This document shows positions 46,148-55,205 of a DNA stretch of 64,000 nucleotides, piece by piece. Position 1 is the stretch's first letter. Each line of letters starts with the position of its first letter. This DNA is from Verrucomicrobiota bacterium (GTDB lineage: Bacteria > Verrucomicrobiota > Verrucomicrobiia > Methylacidiphilales > Verrucolacustridaceae), in assembly GCA_049324635.1 (NCBI GenBank), contig JBMONL010000035.1:20584-84583 (forward strand), read 5' to 3'. Below the pieces are notes generated by a model, which had not been told where the DNA came from, ran no database searches, and was given only the letters and a program-made list of their open reading frames with translations. A program made the translations under genes and the position numbers.

Positions 46148-46972
46148 TCAGGGACGAGTAGGGTGATGCAAAAAGTCCAAGGCGGTATGCCAGTATTCCG
46201 TGTTGGGCGAAAAATCAAAGCCGTCGTGATCAATATCGGGAACGATATGCAGTTTTTTTATTCCGTCATATTTTTCGTAGAGTCTTTTTCCAAGAATAGG
46301 GGGGGAAGTGACATCGTTACCGGCAAGCAGAAAGAAAACATGTCCTCGATATTTTGCCAAAGCGAGATAAGAATCATAGCGTTCGACGATTAGCGATTTA
46401 ATCGGGAAAAGCGGATAGTGGTAAAAAGCAGCGTCGCCGAGGGTATCGAAGGGCGCAACCATCAAAAGTCCGGCGATATTATCAGGAAAATGCGCGCAGA
46501 TTTGAGCCCCCACAGCGGCACCCAGGGATTCACCAATAATAAAAATCGGAAGATTGTTTTGCTTTAAAAGATTTGCGCTTTCAAGAGCGGCGGCGGTGAT
46601 CGTTTTTTCGTGAGGCTTGCCTTTTCTTGCGCCGAAACCGGGATATTCCAAAAGATACGTATTGGCTTTACCGTTGTGAAATTTTTCGAGCAGAGGAACA
46701 AAATAAGTGCGGTCGAGCGTCATGCCGAAACGTCCCGGCAAAATCAGATAAGAGCATTCTGCTTGGTTATTTTCGCGTTTCCATCCGATGAGTTCGTTTT
46801 TTTCGTTTTTCCACGCGGAAAAACCGCTCAACGAAGCACGGGCTTCCAAGCGACTGAGACTTTCCCATCGCGGCTGATATAAAAATTTGCCCGGAGTAAA
46901 CGCCAGACAGGAAAACATCACAAGATATGCCGCAACAGCGCAGGCAATGATAATGAATAAAAAAGTATTCAT
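46148..46972 (-). CDS. Alpha/beta hydrolase
   Basis: 274 aa with an N-terminal TM/signal, the nucleophile elbow GESLGA, and a C-terminal HD. Confidence 0.75.
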   Translation of the reverse strand: MNTFLFIIIACAVAAYLVMFSCLAFTPGKFLYQPRWESLSRLEARASLSGFSAWKNEKNELIGWKRENNQAECSYLILPGRFGMTLDRTYFVPLLEKFHNGKANTYLLEYPGFGARKGKPHEKTITAAALESANLLKQNNLPIFIIGESLGAAVGAQICAHFPDNIAGLLMVAPFDTLGDAAFYHYPLFPIKSLIVERYDSYLALAKYRGHVFFLLAGNDVTSPPILGKRLYEKYDGIKKLHIVPDIDHDGFDFSPNTEYWHTALDFLHHPTRP

Positions 46973-46982
46973 TGAAAAAAAC

Positions 46983-47064
<82 letters not shown>

Positions 47065-47211
47065 GTGTAAGGGAGTAATTAAATCAAACTGTACGAAAGC
47101 GTCAAGATTTGACCCCAATTTTTAATAGAAAACATTAAATTCACTTTTAGATATGTATCTATTCTCCAAATCAACATTGACCCGTATGGTTTTTTATCTT
47201 TTGCTATAGCG

Positions 47212-48126
47212 ATGCGAAAAAATAATTCTTCGGTTTTAGTTTTAGGGAGTATGGCGATCGACGACGTTGCGACGCCGTCGGTTCAAAAGAAAAATCTGCT
47301 GGGAGGCTCGTCGTCGTTTGCCTCCGTGGCGGCGAGTTTTTTTATCGAACCGCGCTTGGTGGGAATTGTCGGCAACGATTTTCCAAAAAAATACATCGAG
47401 TTATTCAAAAAGAGAAAAGTGGATTTGCGGGGATTGGAAATTGCAGACGGACTGACATTTCGTTGGTCGGGGATTTATGAGAAAAACATGAATAATCGCA
47501 GAACGCTGTCGATTGCGCTCAATGTGTTTGAACATTTTAATCCAAAATTGCCGACGACGTATCGCGAAACGCCTTATGTGTTGCTGGGGAATATCGCGCC
47601 GTCGCTTCAATTGCGTGTTTTGGAGCAAATGAAAAAACCGGCATTTATCGCCGCCGATACCATGGATTTGTGGATCGATACCGCGCGCGCCGATTTAATG
47701 AAATTATTGCGAAAAATCGATCTGTTGATTCTGAACGACAGCGAAGCGCTCTCGCTCTCCGGCGAACCGAATCTTGTTCGCGCCGCACGTTGGCTAAAAA
47801 AACAAGGGCCGCGTTATGTCGCCATCAAAAAAGGCGAGCACGGTTGTTTTCTTTCGGGGAGTAACGAGCATTTTGCTGTGCCTGCGATTCCTCTGGAAAA
47901 AGTCGTCGATCCCACCGGCGCGGGGGATACCTTTGCCGGCGCGCTTGTGGGATATTTGGCTTCGACGGGTAAAACCGATTTCAACTCGCTCAAAAAAGCC
48001 GTCGTCGAAGGCACGATCATGGCTTCTTTTACAGTCGAAGATTTTAGCCTCAATCGCCTTCCTCATCTCTCTCGCTCCGAACACGCCAAACGCAAAAACC
48101 TCCTCCGAAAATTAACGCAATATTGA
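47212..48126 (+). CDS. PfkB-family sugar/nucleoside kinase
   Basis: 304 aa with the DPTGAGDTFAGA motif and an N-terminal GG dipeptide region. Confidence 0.8.
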   Translation: MRKNNSSVLVLGSMAIDDVATPSVQKKNLLGGSSSFASVAASFFIEPRLVGIVGNDFPKKYIELFKKRKVDLRGLEIADGLTFRWSGIYEKNMNNRRTLSIALNVFEHFNPKLPTTYRETPYVLLGNIAPSLQLRVLEQMKKPAFIAADTMDLWIDTARADLMKLLRKIDLLILNDSEALSLSGEPNLVRAARWLKKQGPRYVAIKKGEHGCFLSGSNEHFAVPAIPLEKVVDPTGAGDTFAGALVGYLASTGKTDFNSLKKAVVEGTIMASFTVEDFSLNRLPHLSRSEHAKRKNLLRKLTQY

Positions 48127-48244
48127 GGACGAGGCGGGCGAGTTTTCGCAACGCGCGTAAAGAACGACAAAAGATTGAATATAAGCTGGCAAGGAAGTGG
48201 CGGATCATCTAATTTCTATTGTCGATTCTCGCTTTTCTTTTTGA

Positions 48245-48326
48245 GGGCCTGTGGCGAAATTGGCAGACGCGACAGACTTAGGATCTGTTGGGGTAACCCA
48301 TGGAGGTTCGAGTCCTCTCAGGCCCA
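48245..48326 (+). tRNA. tRNA-Leu (anticodon TAG)
   Basis: Acceptor GGGCCTG/CAGGCCC, anticodon stem-loop ACAGA-CTTAGGA-TCTGT, a long variable arm, and T-loop GGTTCGAGTCC. Confidence 0.9.
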
Positions 48327-48386
48327 CATTTAAAAACGCAAAAAGGTTGCTTCTCTGGCCAGATGCAGTAAGAAAGATAATCTTTC

Positions 48387-49253
48387 ATGAGTACACCGGA
48401 AGCATCCCGCCAAGCCGCGGAAATGATTATCGAACAATCCAAAGACATGGTGGCCGCGCCGCCGGTGGTGTTCAAATTGATGGGATTACTCAAAAGACCC
48501 AATGTTCACAACCAAGATGTAATCGATATCATTCGTTATGACGAAAATCTCACCGCTAAACTTCTGAAACTTTGTAACACTGCATTTTTTCGCGCTTCCG
48601 TGCCGGTGGATTCTGTGGATCAGGCGATTTTGCGTCTCGGTAATTCCAACATCTTGGGCATTGTTGCCGCGTTGAGCATCGATGCAAAAAGCAAAAACAA
48701 GCAAGCCTCCTACATGAATCCCTACGCGATTTGGCGTCAATCCGTCACGGCCTCCATCGCCGCCAAGCATCTTTCCGAGCAATGTAGAAACTCGCAAGTC
48801 CCCACAGATTTGGCTTTCACGGCCGGTCTTTTACACAATATCGGCATGGTCGTTCTCAACGCATGTCCCTCAGAGGACATCGCCAAAATTATCCCGCTTG
48901 CCCAAGAGAAAAAAATTTCGCTGATCGAAGCTGAACGCGAGCTTCTTCAAACCGATCACGCCGAAATTGGCGGTCTATTAGTGGAGCGATGGCAGTTGCC
49001 TAGCAACATTGTCGAAGCCGTCAAATATCAGCACATTCCCGACCAATCCCAAAATCCTCTCGCCAGTCTCTGTCATCTCGCATCGATCTGCGCGCATGTT
49101 AGCATTGGCACGTATCCGAGCGAACAACTCATGGATTTTGTGTATCCTTCTGTTCTATCTACTCTGGGCATCGATGAAACCAGTATTCGCGCCACGCTTC
49201 AAACCATCCAAGACGAGTCTTCGCGTATCGAAGCCTTTATGATGGTGGCGTGA
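48387..49253 (+). CDS. HDOD domain signalling protein (second copy)
   Basis: 288 aa: PPVVFKLMGLLKRP..., GLLHNIGMVVL, DHAEIGGLL. Confidence 0.8.
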   Translation: MSTPEASRQAAEMIIEQSKDMVAAPPVVFKLMGLLKRPNVHNQDVIDIIRYDENLTAKLLKLCNTAFFRASVPVDSVDQAILRLGNSNILGIVAALSIDAKSKNKQASYMNPYAIWRQSVTASIAAKHLSEQCRNSQVPTDLAFTAGLLHNIGMVVLNACPSEDIAKIIPLAQEKKISLIEAERELLQTDHAEIGGLLVERWQLPSNIVEAVKYQHIPDQSQNPLASLCHLASICAHVSIGTYPSEQLMDFVYPSVLSTLGIDETSIRATLQTIQDESSRIEAFMMVA

Positions 49254-49257
49254 TTGT

Positions 49258-50244
49258 TCACGGAACGGGAACACCTTGGAGCAATAAAGTCACCAGATTT
49301 TCCGTCGTCATATTCTCCACTTCGGCTTCATAAGACAAAATCAAACGATGGCGGAGCACGTCGGGAGCCACGGCTTTGACATCTTCAGGTGTGACATAGC
49401 CGCGTTTATTTAAAAAAGCATAAGCTTTTGAAGCGAGCGCCAGATTGATCGTTGCGCGTGGCGAAGCGCCGTAGCGCAAGTAACTTTTGAGATTGCCTCC
49501 GGGCGAACGCGTCGTTCGAACGAGCTGAATAATGTAACGTTTAATATGTGGATCGATGTAAATTTTTTCCACCAATTGGCGCAGAGAAGCGATTTTTTCG
49601 AGCGGCATCACGGATGAACGCGTCGACGGTCGCCCCACGTGTCCAACCAAATCGAGTATCTCCTCTTCTTCATTCGCGCTGGGATACGTCACCATCACTT
49701 TGAGCATGAAACGATCGACTTGCGCTTCCGCCAAAGGATACGTGCCGTGTTGCTCAATCGGATTTTCCGTCGCAAAAACAATAAACGGTTCCGGCAAGGG
49801 CAGGGTGGTGTCGCCGATGGTGACCTGCGCCTCTTGCATGGCTTCCAGCAGAGCACTCTGAACTTTTGCCGGCGCGCGATTGATTTCATCCGCCAAAACA
49901 AAATGTGCGAAAATAGGTCCTTGGCGAATGCTGTATGAATTTTCTTTCGGATTATAAATCATCGTGCCCACGATATCCGACGGCAATAAATCCGGTGTAA
50001 ATTGAATGCGCTGAAATTGCGCGGAAAAACATCCGGCAAGCGCTTTCACCACAGAAGTTTTTGCCAACCCCGGCACGCCTTCCACAAGTACATGTCCGCC
50101 CGTGAGAATTCCAATCAGCATGCGATCAATGAGATACGCTTGCCCAATAATACTTTTGCCGATTTCAGTTTTGAGATCGTCGATGCCGATATTCACCGCG
50201 CGCACTTCGGCGTTCAACTGCTCGACATTGGGAGGAATGATCAT
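49258..50244 (-). CDS. MoxR-family AAA+ ATPase
   Basis: 328 aa with Walker A GVPGLAKT and Walker B/sensor VLADEINRAPAKVQSALLEAMQE. Confidence 0.9.
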   Translation of the reverse strand: MIIPPNVEQLNAEVRAVNIGIDDLKTEIGKSIIGQAYLIDRMLIGILTGGHVLVEGVPGLAKTSVVKALAGCFSAQFQRIQFTPDLLPSDIVGTMIYNPKENSYSIRQGPIFAHFVLADEINRAPAKVQSALLEAMQEAQVTIGDTTLPLPEPFIVFATENPIEQHGTYPLAEAQVDRFMLKVMVTYPSANEEEEILDLVGHVGRPSTRSSVMPLEKIASLRQLVEKIYIDPHIKRYIIQLVRTTRSPGGNLKSYLRYGASPRATINLALASKAYAFLNKRGYVTPEDVKAVAPDVLRHRLILSYEAEVENMTTENLVTLLLQGVPVP

Positions 50245-50250
50245 TTAAAT

Positions 50251-50446
50251 TTTTTTAGACAGAATTAACAGAATTTCTACAGAATTATTGCTCCGCGCCC
50301 TTTTACCCATTTAACCACGGAAAACACTGATTTTTTGCCCCGACTTTGTCGGGGCTAAATATCCGTGATATCCGTGTCATCTGTGGTTAAAAAGGGAAAG
50401 GGGTACGGAGTAATCCTTTTCATTCTGTTAATTCTGTCAAAAAAAA
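50251..50446. repeat. Long palindromic intergenic element, copy 2 (with nested inner palindrome)
   Basis: TTTTTTAGACAGAATTAACAGAAT...CCCTTTTACCC...[TTAACCACGG...GCCCCGAC-tttg-TCGGGGC...CTGTGGTTAA]...GGGAAAGGGGTACGGAGTAAT...CATTCTGTTAATTCTGTCAAAAAAAA. Confidence 0.8.
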
Positions 50447-50447
50447 T

Positions 50448-51467
50448 TTATAATTTCATCAATTCTTCCGCGATTTGGACGGCATTCCACGCCGCGCCTT
50501 TGAGCAATTGATCGCCGCTGACAAATAACGCCAGCGTTTTCGGATCGTTCAAATCCTGACGGATGCGCCCAACCAGCACTTCGAGTTTGCCGGTGGCTTC
50601 CAGAGGCATGGGAAAATGCCCGGCTTTTACATCGTCCACCACAATCACTCCCTGTGCTTTCTCCAAAATTTTTCGCGCTTCATCCGCGGTGATTTCGCGC
50701 TCGAATTGAATCACTATCGACTCACTGTGCGCGCGCAAGACTGGCACGCGGACGCATGTAGGCAAAATATCCAGTTCAGGCTCATGAAACATTTTGCGCG
50801 TTTCTTCGACGACTTTATTTTCTTCCTCATTGTAGCCGTTGGCGCCGACAGGCGTGTTGTGCGAAAAAACATTAAAGGCAATTTGATGCGGAAAGACTTT
50901 TTTTGTAATCGGTTTTCCTTCCGCAAATTCTTTGACCTGATCCTCCAATTCGCGCATGGCTTTTGCGCCTGCGCCGCTGGCGGATTGATACGTGGAAACA
51001 ACGATTTTTTTTATTTTTGCGGCTTTGTGCAATGGGTACAGCGGCACGCCGAGAATGGCGGCGGTGCAATTGGGATTGGCGATAACGCCTTGGTGTTTGA
51101 GCAAATCCTCGCGATTGATTTCCGGCACCACGAGAGGAACTTCCGGCATCATGCGAAACGCCGAGGAATTATCCACCACGATCGCCCCCGCTCGCACGGC
51201 AAGTGGCACAAATTCACGCGAACGCCCAGCTCCCGCGCTGAAAAATGCAACGTCGATACCTTCAAAACTATCCGCTTTGAGTTCCTGTACCTCGTGCGCC
51301 TTGCCTTTAAATTCTAACTTTTTCCCAACCGAACGCGCCGATGCCAGCAAACGCAATTTTCCTACAGGAAAATTGCGCCGCTCCATCACTCTCAAAATCT
51401 CAATGCCCACCGCCCCCGTCGCCCCCACAATCGCAACGCTCAAATTCTCTTTTTTCAAACCTTTCAT
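50448..51467 (-). CDS. asd: Aspartate-semialdehyde dehydrogenase
   Basis: 339 aa: VAIVGATGAVG, IANPNCTAA, SGAG. Confidence 0.93.
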   Translation of the reverse strand: MKGLKKENLSVAIVGATGAVGIEILRVMERRNFPVGKLRLLASARSVGKKLEFKGKAHEVQELKADSFEGIDVAFFSAGAGRSREFVPLAVRAGAIVVDNSSAFRMMPEVPLVVPEINREDLLKHQGVIANPNCTAAILGVPLYPLHKAAKIKKIVVSTYQSASGAGAKAMRELEDQVKEFAEGKPITKKVFPHQIAFNVFSHNTPVGANGYNEEENKVVEETRKMFHEPELDILPTCVRVPVLRAHSESIVIQFEREITADEARKILEKAQGVIVVDDVKAGHFPMPLEATGKLEVLVGRIRQDLNDPKTLALFVSGDQLLKGAAWNAVQIAEELMKL

Positions 51468-51556
51468 TGAACCTAAAAGCCTAATTAAAGATTATTTTCT
51501 TTCAAGTTTCTTGTATTTGACATTTTAAATGCCACATGGTACATTTAAATGGTATT

Positions 51557-51826
51557 ATGAAAGTTTTAACCTCTTCCGTTAACGTGGATAAGGCAGGACG
51601 CATTGTGTTGCCTAAAAAAATCCGCGATCTTTTTAATTGGACTCAGGGCTCATCTTTGGAAATCACCATTCGGGATCACTCTCTTTTGCTTTCGACCGCT
51701 GAGGCATCCACTCCTCTAAAACAAAAAGACAAATTATGGATTCATCAGGGCAAACCGACTCAAGATATTCTCAAAGCGGTGGAGCAACAGAGAATTAAAA
51801 GAATGCGTCACGTCGCCGGATTGTGA
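51557..51826 (+). CDS. vapB: AbrB/SpoVT-family antitoxin (VapB-like)
   Basis: VDKAGRIVLPKKIRDLF is a swapped-hairpin DNA-binding motif. Its stop lies 1 nt before the PIN gene start. Confidence 0.75.
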   Translation: MKVLTSSVNVDKAGRIVLPKKIRDLFNWTQGSSLEITIRDHSLLLSTAEASTPLKQKDKLWIHQGKPTQDILKAVEQQRIKRMRHVAGL

Positions 51827-51827
51827 T

Positions 51828-52262
51828 ATGCGTGTTTTTTTTGATACTTCCGTGTTGGTTGCCGCATCGATTCAAAAGCACCCTCATTTTCCAAGGGCTT
51901 TTGGCGCTATGAAGCAAGTGGCTCAAAAGCGCGCTCAGGGTTTTGTTTCGGCGCATAGTTTGGCTGAAACGTATTCCACCTTGACCGCGTTGCCTTTGGC
52001 TCCTCGGATTCATCCCATGGAAGCCAAGCGCATCATTGTTGAAAATATTCTAAAATATTTTCGCGTGATTTCTCTTTCTTCCAGAGATTATCGAAGCGTG
52101 ATTTCATATCTTGCGCAGCAAGGTTTCACAAGTGGCGCTATTTACGATGCTTTATTGATTCGATGTGCGGAAAAGAAATCGTGCGCGTACGTTTACACTT
52201 TTAATGTGGAACATTTTCAAAGAATCGCGCCTGCGCTAAGCGAAAAAATTGTCGCGCCTTAG
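51828..52262 (+). CDS. vapC: PIN-domain ribonuclease toxin (VapC-like)
   Basis: 144 aa: MRVFFDTSVLVAA..., with a conserved acidic-residue pattern (D6, E, D). Confidence 0.75.
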   Translation: MRVFFDTSVLVAASIQKHPHFPRAFGAMKQVAQKRAQGFVSAHSLAETYSTLTALPLAPRIHPMEAKRIIVENILKYFRVISLSSRDYRSVISYLAQQGFTSGAIYDALLIRCAEKKSCAYVYTFNVEHFQRIAPALSEKIVAP

Positions 52263-52371
52263 CCGTTTTTCAACAGACTGTTAGGCTGGAAAATAATCCA
52301 AAGCAACAGGGCGATTTCTTTGAATTTGATGAATGGTTTTTCACTCTGAAAATCTCGTGCCTAATACGGTA

Positions 52372-52767
52372 TTATACACTGTTTGCACATCCTGGCGAAG
52401 TTTCTTGAGCGGTTAATTGTACAAAGCCCGGATGCATCACAATAATGGGGGCACGCAAATGTCGGGCAAATTTGAATGCTTCCGCAAGCAAGAGGGATGA
52501 TTGGACTGAATTCCTTTCGCAGGGATTAAAACCGTGTCCTCCATGCGGCGCGTGAATCACTAACATGGTGCCGGCTTTTCCAATCTTTTGTAGGCATGTT
52601 TTTAATTGCCAAGCGATCGTAGGAATGTCATCGGCAAATAATCGATGAACGCCCAATTCCAAATAATTAGTCGATTCCAAAAAATGCGGCAACAAGGCAA
52701 ATTCTCCATGCTTCACGAGTGTTTTGCCGCCGATGTGCAGAATGCGTTGTTGGTGGCATGCTTTCAT
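52372..52767 (-). pseudogene. Probable truncated xylose-isomerase-like TIM-barrel (sugar phosphate isomerase/endonuclease IV-like) gene
   Basis: The 131 aa resemble only the N-terminal half of that fold (...LVIHAPHG..., ...APIIVMHPG). They stop where full-length members (~260-280 aa) continue. Confidence 0.35.
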
Positions 52768-52777
52768 GGAGCATGGA

Positions 52778-53125
52778 TCAAGAATCGTATGTTAATTGGC
52801 GCAAAAACTTGGTGTAATCTTGCTGATTTTCGAAGGAAAATCTTTTGACGATCTCTCCTTGTGAATTTGCGAAATAGATGCCTTGATCTCCCTGATTGAT
52901 CCGCTCATGAATAATAGGACCTTGATAATAGGAGCACTGCTGTCCGGCGATGAGGTCTTCCAGTTCCAAGGAGATAGCATTTCCATCGCTCGATGAAATG
53001 ACAATTTCCTCGGATGCTGTTTTTTTCTCGATGGTGTTTCCTACGAAAGAGACGCTTCCCAAGGATTTTCCTGATTTATTCAAAGCCATGCTGACTTTTA
53101 CCCCGTTGATTGAATCGACGTTCAT
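52778..53125 (-). CDS. Hypothetical protein (115 aa)
   Basis: The ORF has no recognisable motif. It lies downstream of the sigma-54 regulator on the same strand. Confidence 0.4.
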   Translation of the reverse strand: MNVDSINGVKVSMALNKSGKSLGSVSFVGNTIEKKTASEEIVISSSDGNAISLELEDLIAGQQCSYYQGPIIHERINQGDQGIYFANSQGEIVKRFSFENQQDYTKFLRQLTYDS

Positions 53126-53231
53126 ATTTAATCAATGGGAGATACCTCCAAACCGTCAAGGGGATTTGCTTAATTATTACTTATTGATAATAAGTAATTT
53201 GCATCTCAACCTAGATTCAATAAACGTATTT

Positions 53232-54590
53232 TCAGTCTTTTACGCCGTACTCATTAAGTTTGCGGTGAAGGGTGCGGCGGGAGATGCCGAGGAGTTTGGC
53301 GGCGTCGGTGCGGTTGTTGTTGGATTTTTCGAGGGCGCGGAAGATGAGATTTTTTTCCACGTCGTCGAGTTTGAAAGTATCGCTCCAAGCGGCTTTGCCG
53401 TGGCCATCAAATCCGCGCAAGGCGGGCGGCAAATCTTTGAGCGCTACAATTTCTCCTTTGCTCAAAACGACGCCGTGTTCCACGGCGGTACGAAGTTCGC
53501 GGACATTGCCGGGCCAATCGTAATTTAAAAATATTTTTTCCACTTGCGGCTCAAGCGTCATCGAAGGCTTGCCGTTTTCTTTGCAGAATTCTTTCAAGAA
53601 CGCCTGCGTCAAAAGCGGAATGTCCTCGCGGCGTTCGCGCAAAGGCGGCATGGAAATTTTGACCACGTGGATACGGTAAAATAAATCTTCGCGAAATTTT
53701 TCTTCTTTGACCATGGTTTCCAGATTTTTATTCGTAGCGGCGATCAAGCGCGCATCGACTTCGATTTGCTGGTTGCCGCCGACTCGCTCGAATTTGCGTT
53801 CGCCGAGCACGCGCAAAAGTTTGACTTGCACGGAAGCATCGATCTCGCCGATTTCGTCGAGAAAAATCGTTCCTTTGTCGGCTTGTTCGAAACGCCCGAT
53901 GCGCCGTTCCATCGCGCCGGTGAAAGCGCCTTTTTCGTGGCCGAAAAGTTCGCTTTCGAGAAGTTGCGGCGAAAGCGCGGCACAGTGCACCGCCACAAAC
54001 GCTTTATTTTTGCGCGGACTCAATTGATGAATGGCTTTTGCGACAAGTTCCTTGCCTGTGCCGCTTTCGCCTTCGATGAGAACAGTGGCGCGCGAATCGG
54101 CGACCTGACGAATGACATCAAAAATTTCCATCATGCGAGGCGAACTGCCGATGAGATTTTCCAGCCCGAATTTTTTGTCCAATTCTTCGCGCAGGTTTTT
54201 ATTTTCCTGTTCGGTGTTTTTACTTTTGACGGCGCGCAGAAGCAACATTTCCAGTTTGTCTATATTTAGAGGTTTGGTGACGTAATCGTACGCGCCGCGC
54301 CGCATGGCTTGAACGGCCGTATCGACCGCGCCGTACGCCGTCATCATCACGCACACCGGCGGCTTGCTTAAGCCTTGGCATTTTTCGAGCAATTTCATGC
54401 CGTCGTCGCCGCCCGGCATGCGCAAATCGGTCAACACCACGTCGATAGATTCGACATCCAATACATTCAACGCACCCTCGACGCTTTCCGCCAAGTACAC
54501 CTCAAAATGATTTTCCATCGCCCGGCGCAATCCATCGCGCGTAGGCTTTTCATCATCCACTATTAATAAAGTTGGTTTTTCCTGCTTCAT
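53232..54590 (-). CDS. Sigma-54-dependent response regulator (NtrC family)
   Basis: 452 aa with a receiver domain (LLIVDDE...VVLTDLRMPG), GESGTGKE, GAFTGA, and a C-terminal HTH (AAKLLGISRRTLHRKL). Confidence 0.92.
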   Translation of the reverse strand: MKQEKPTLLIVDDEKPTRDGLRRAMENHFEVYLAESVEGALNVLDVESIDVVLTDLRMPGGDDGMKLLEKCQGLSKPPVCVMMTAYGAVDTAVQAMRRGAYDYVTKPLNIDKLEMLLLRAVKSKNTEQENKNLREELDKKFGLENLIGSSPRMMEIFDVIRQVADSRATVLIEGESGTGKELVAKAIHQLSPRKNKAFVAVHCAALSPQLLESELFGHEKGAFTGAMERRIGRFEQADKGTIFLDEIGEIDASVQVKLLRVLGERKFERVGGNQQIEVDARLIAATNKNLETMVKEEKFREDLFYRIHVVKISMPPLRERREDIPLLTQAFLKEFCKENGKPSMTLEPQVEKIFLNYDWPGNVRELRTAVEHGVVLSKGEIVALKDLPPALRGFDGHGKAAWSDTFKLDDVEKNLIFRALEKSNNNRTDAAKLLGISRRTLHRKLNEYGVKD

Positions 54591-54680
54591 GAGTGGGACA
54601 ATTTAGCGCAAGAGAGACGTTTTGGCAATACCGCCATAATTTCATGGATTTTTTGAATTTTTTAGGTAATCTTTCCGTTT

Positions 54681-55139
54681 ATGCCAGCCAAGACGATTCA
54701 AAAGATGAGGGATGACCCCGTGAAACAATTCTCCCTTTTCCTCGAAAACCGAGTCGGAAAATTTTTGGATATCATCAGCCTGCTCAAAAAACACGAAACT
54801 CACGTGCTGGCGGTCAATGTGGTTGATACCAGCGACAGTTCGATTGTCAGACTTGTTTTGGATGACCCCGATCGCGGCCGCGCGCTTTTTCAGGAACATT
54901 ATATTCCGTTTATCGAATCCGATATGCTCGTGGTGGAAATGGACGCCATTACCGATTTCGAAACCATTCTCAATGTGCTCCTGCAAGCCGAAATCAACAT
55001 CATGTATACCTACTCTTTCCTTGGCCGCCCCAAAGGCAAGCCGGCTCTTGCCTTTAGCATGGATGATCCCGAATGCGCCGTTCACGCGCTTCTTCAGCAT
55101 CACTTCAAAATCCTTCATCAACGCGATATCTCGCGATAA
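54681..55139 (+). CDS. Tandem ACT-domain protein
   Basis: 152 aa with two ACT-like beta-alpha-beta-beta-alpha-beta units (QFSLFLENRVGKFLDIISLL...; MLVVEMDAITDFETILNVL...). Confidence 0.6.
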   Translation: MPAKTIQKMRDDPVKQFSLFLENRVGKFLDIISLLKKHETHVLAVNVVDTSDSSIVRLVLDDPDRGRALFQEHYIPFIESDMLVVEMDAITDFETILNVLLQAEINIMYTYSFLGRPKGKPALAFSMDDPECAVHALLQHHFKILHQRDISR

Positions 55140-55205
55140 ATCTTGAGGCATTGTTTTTATTCATTGCTTGGCGATGAAAATGAAAAGCGTTAGGATGCCG
55201 ACTTC

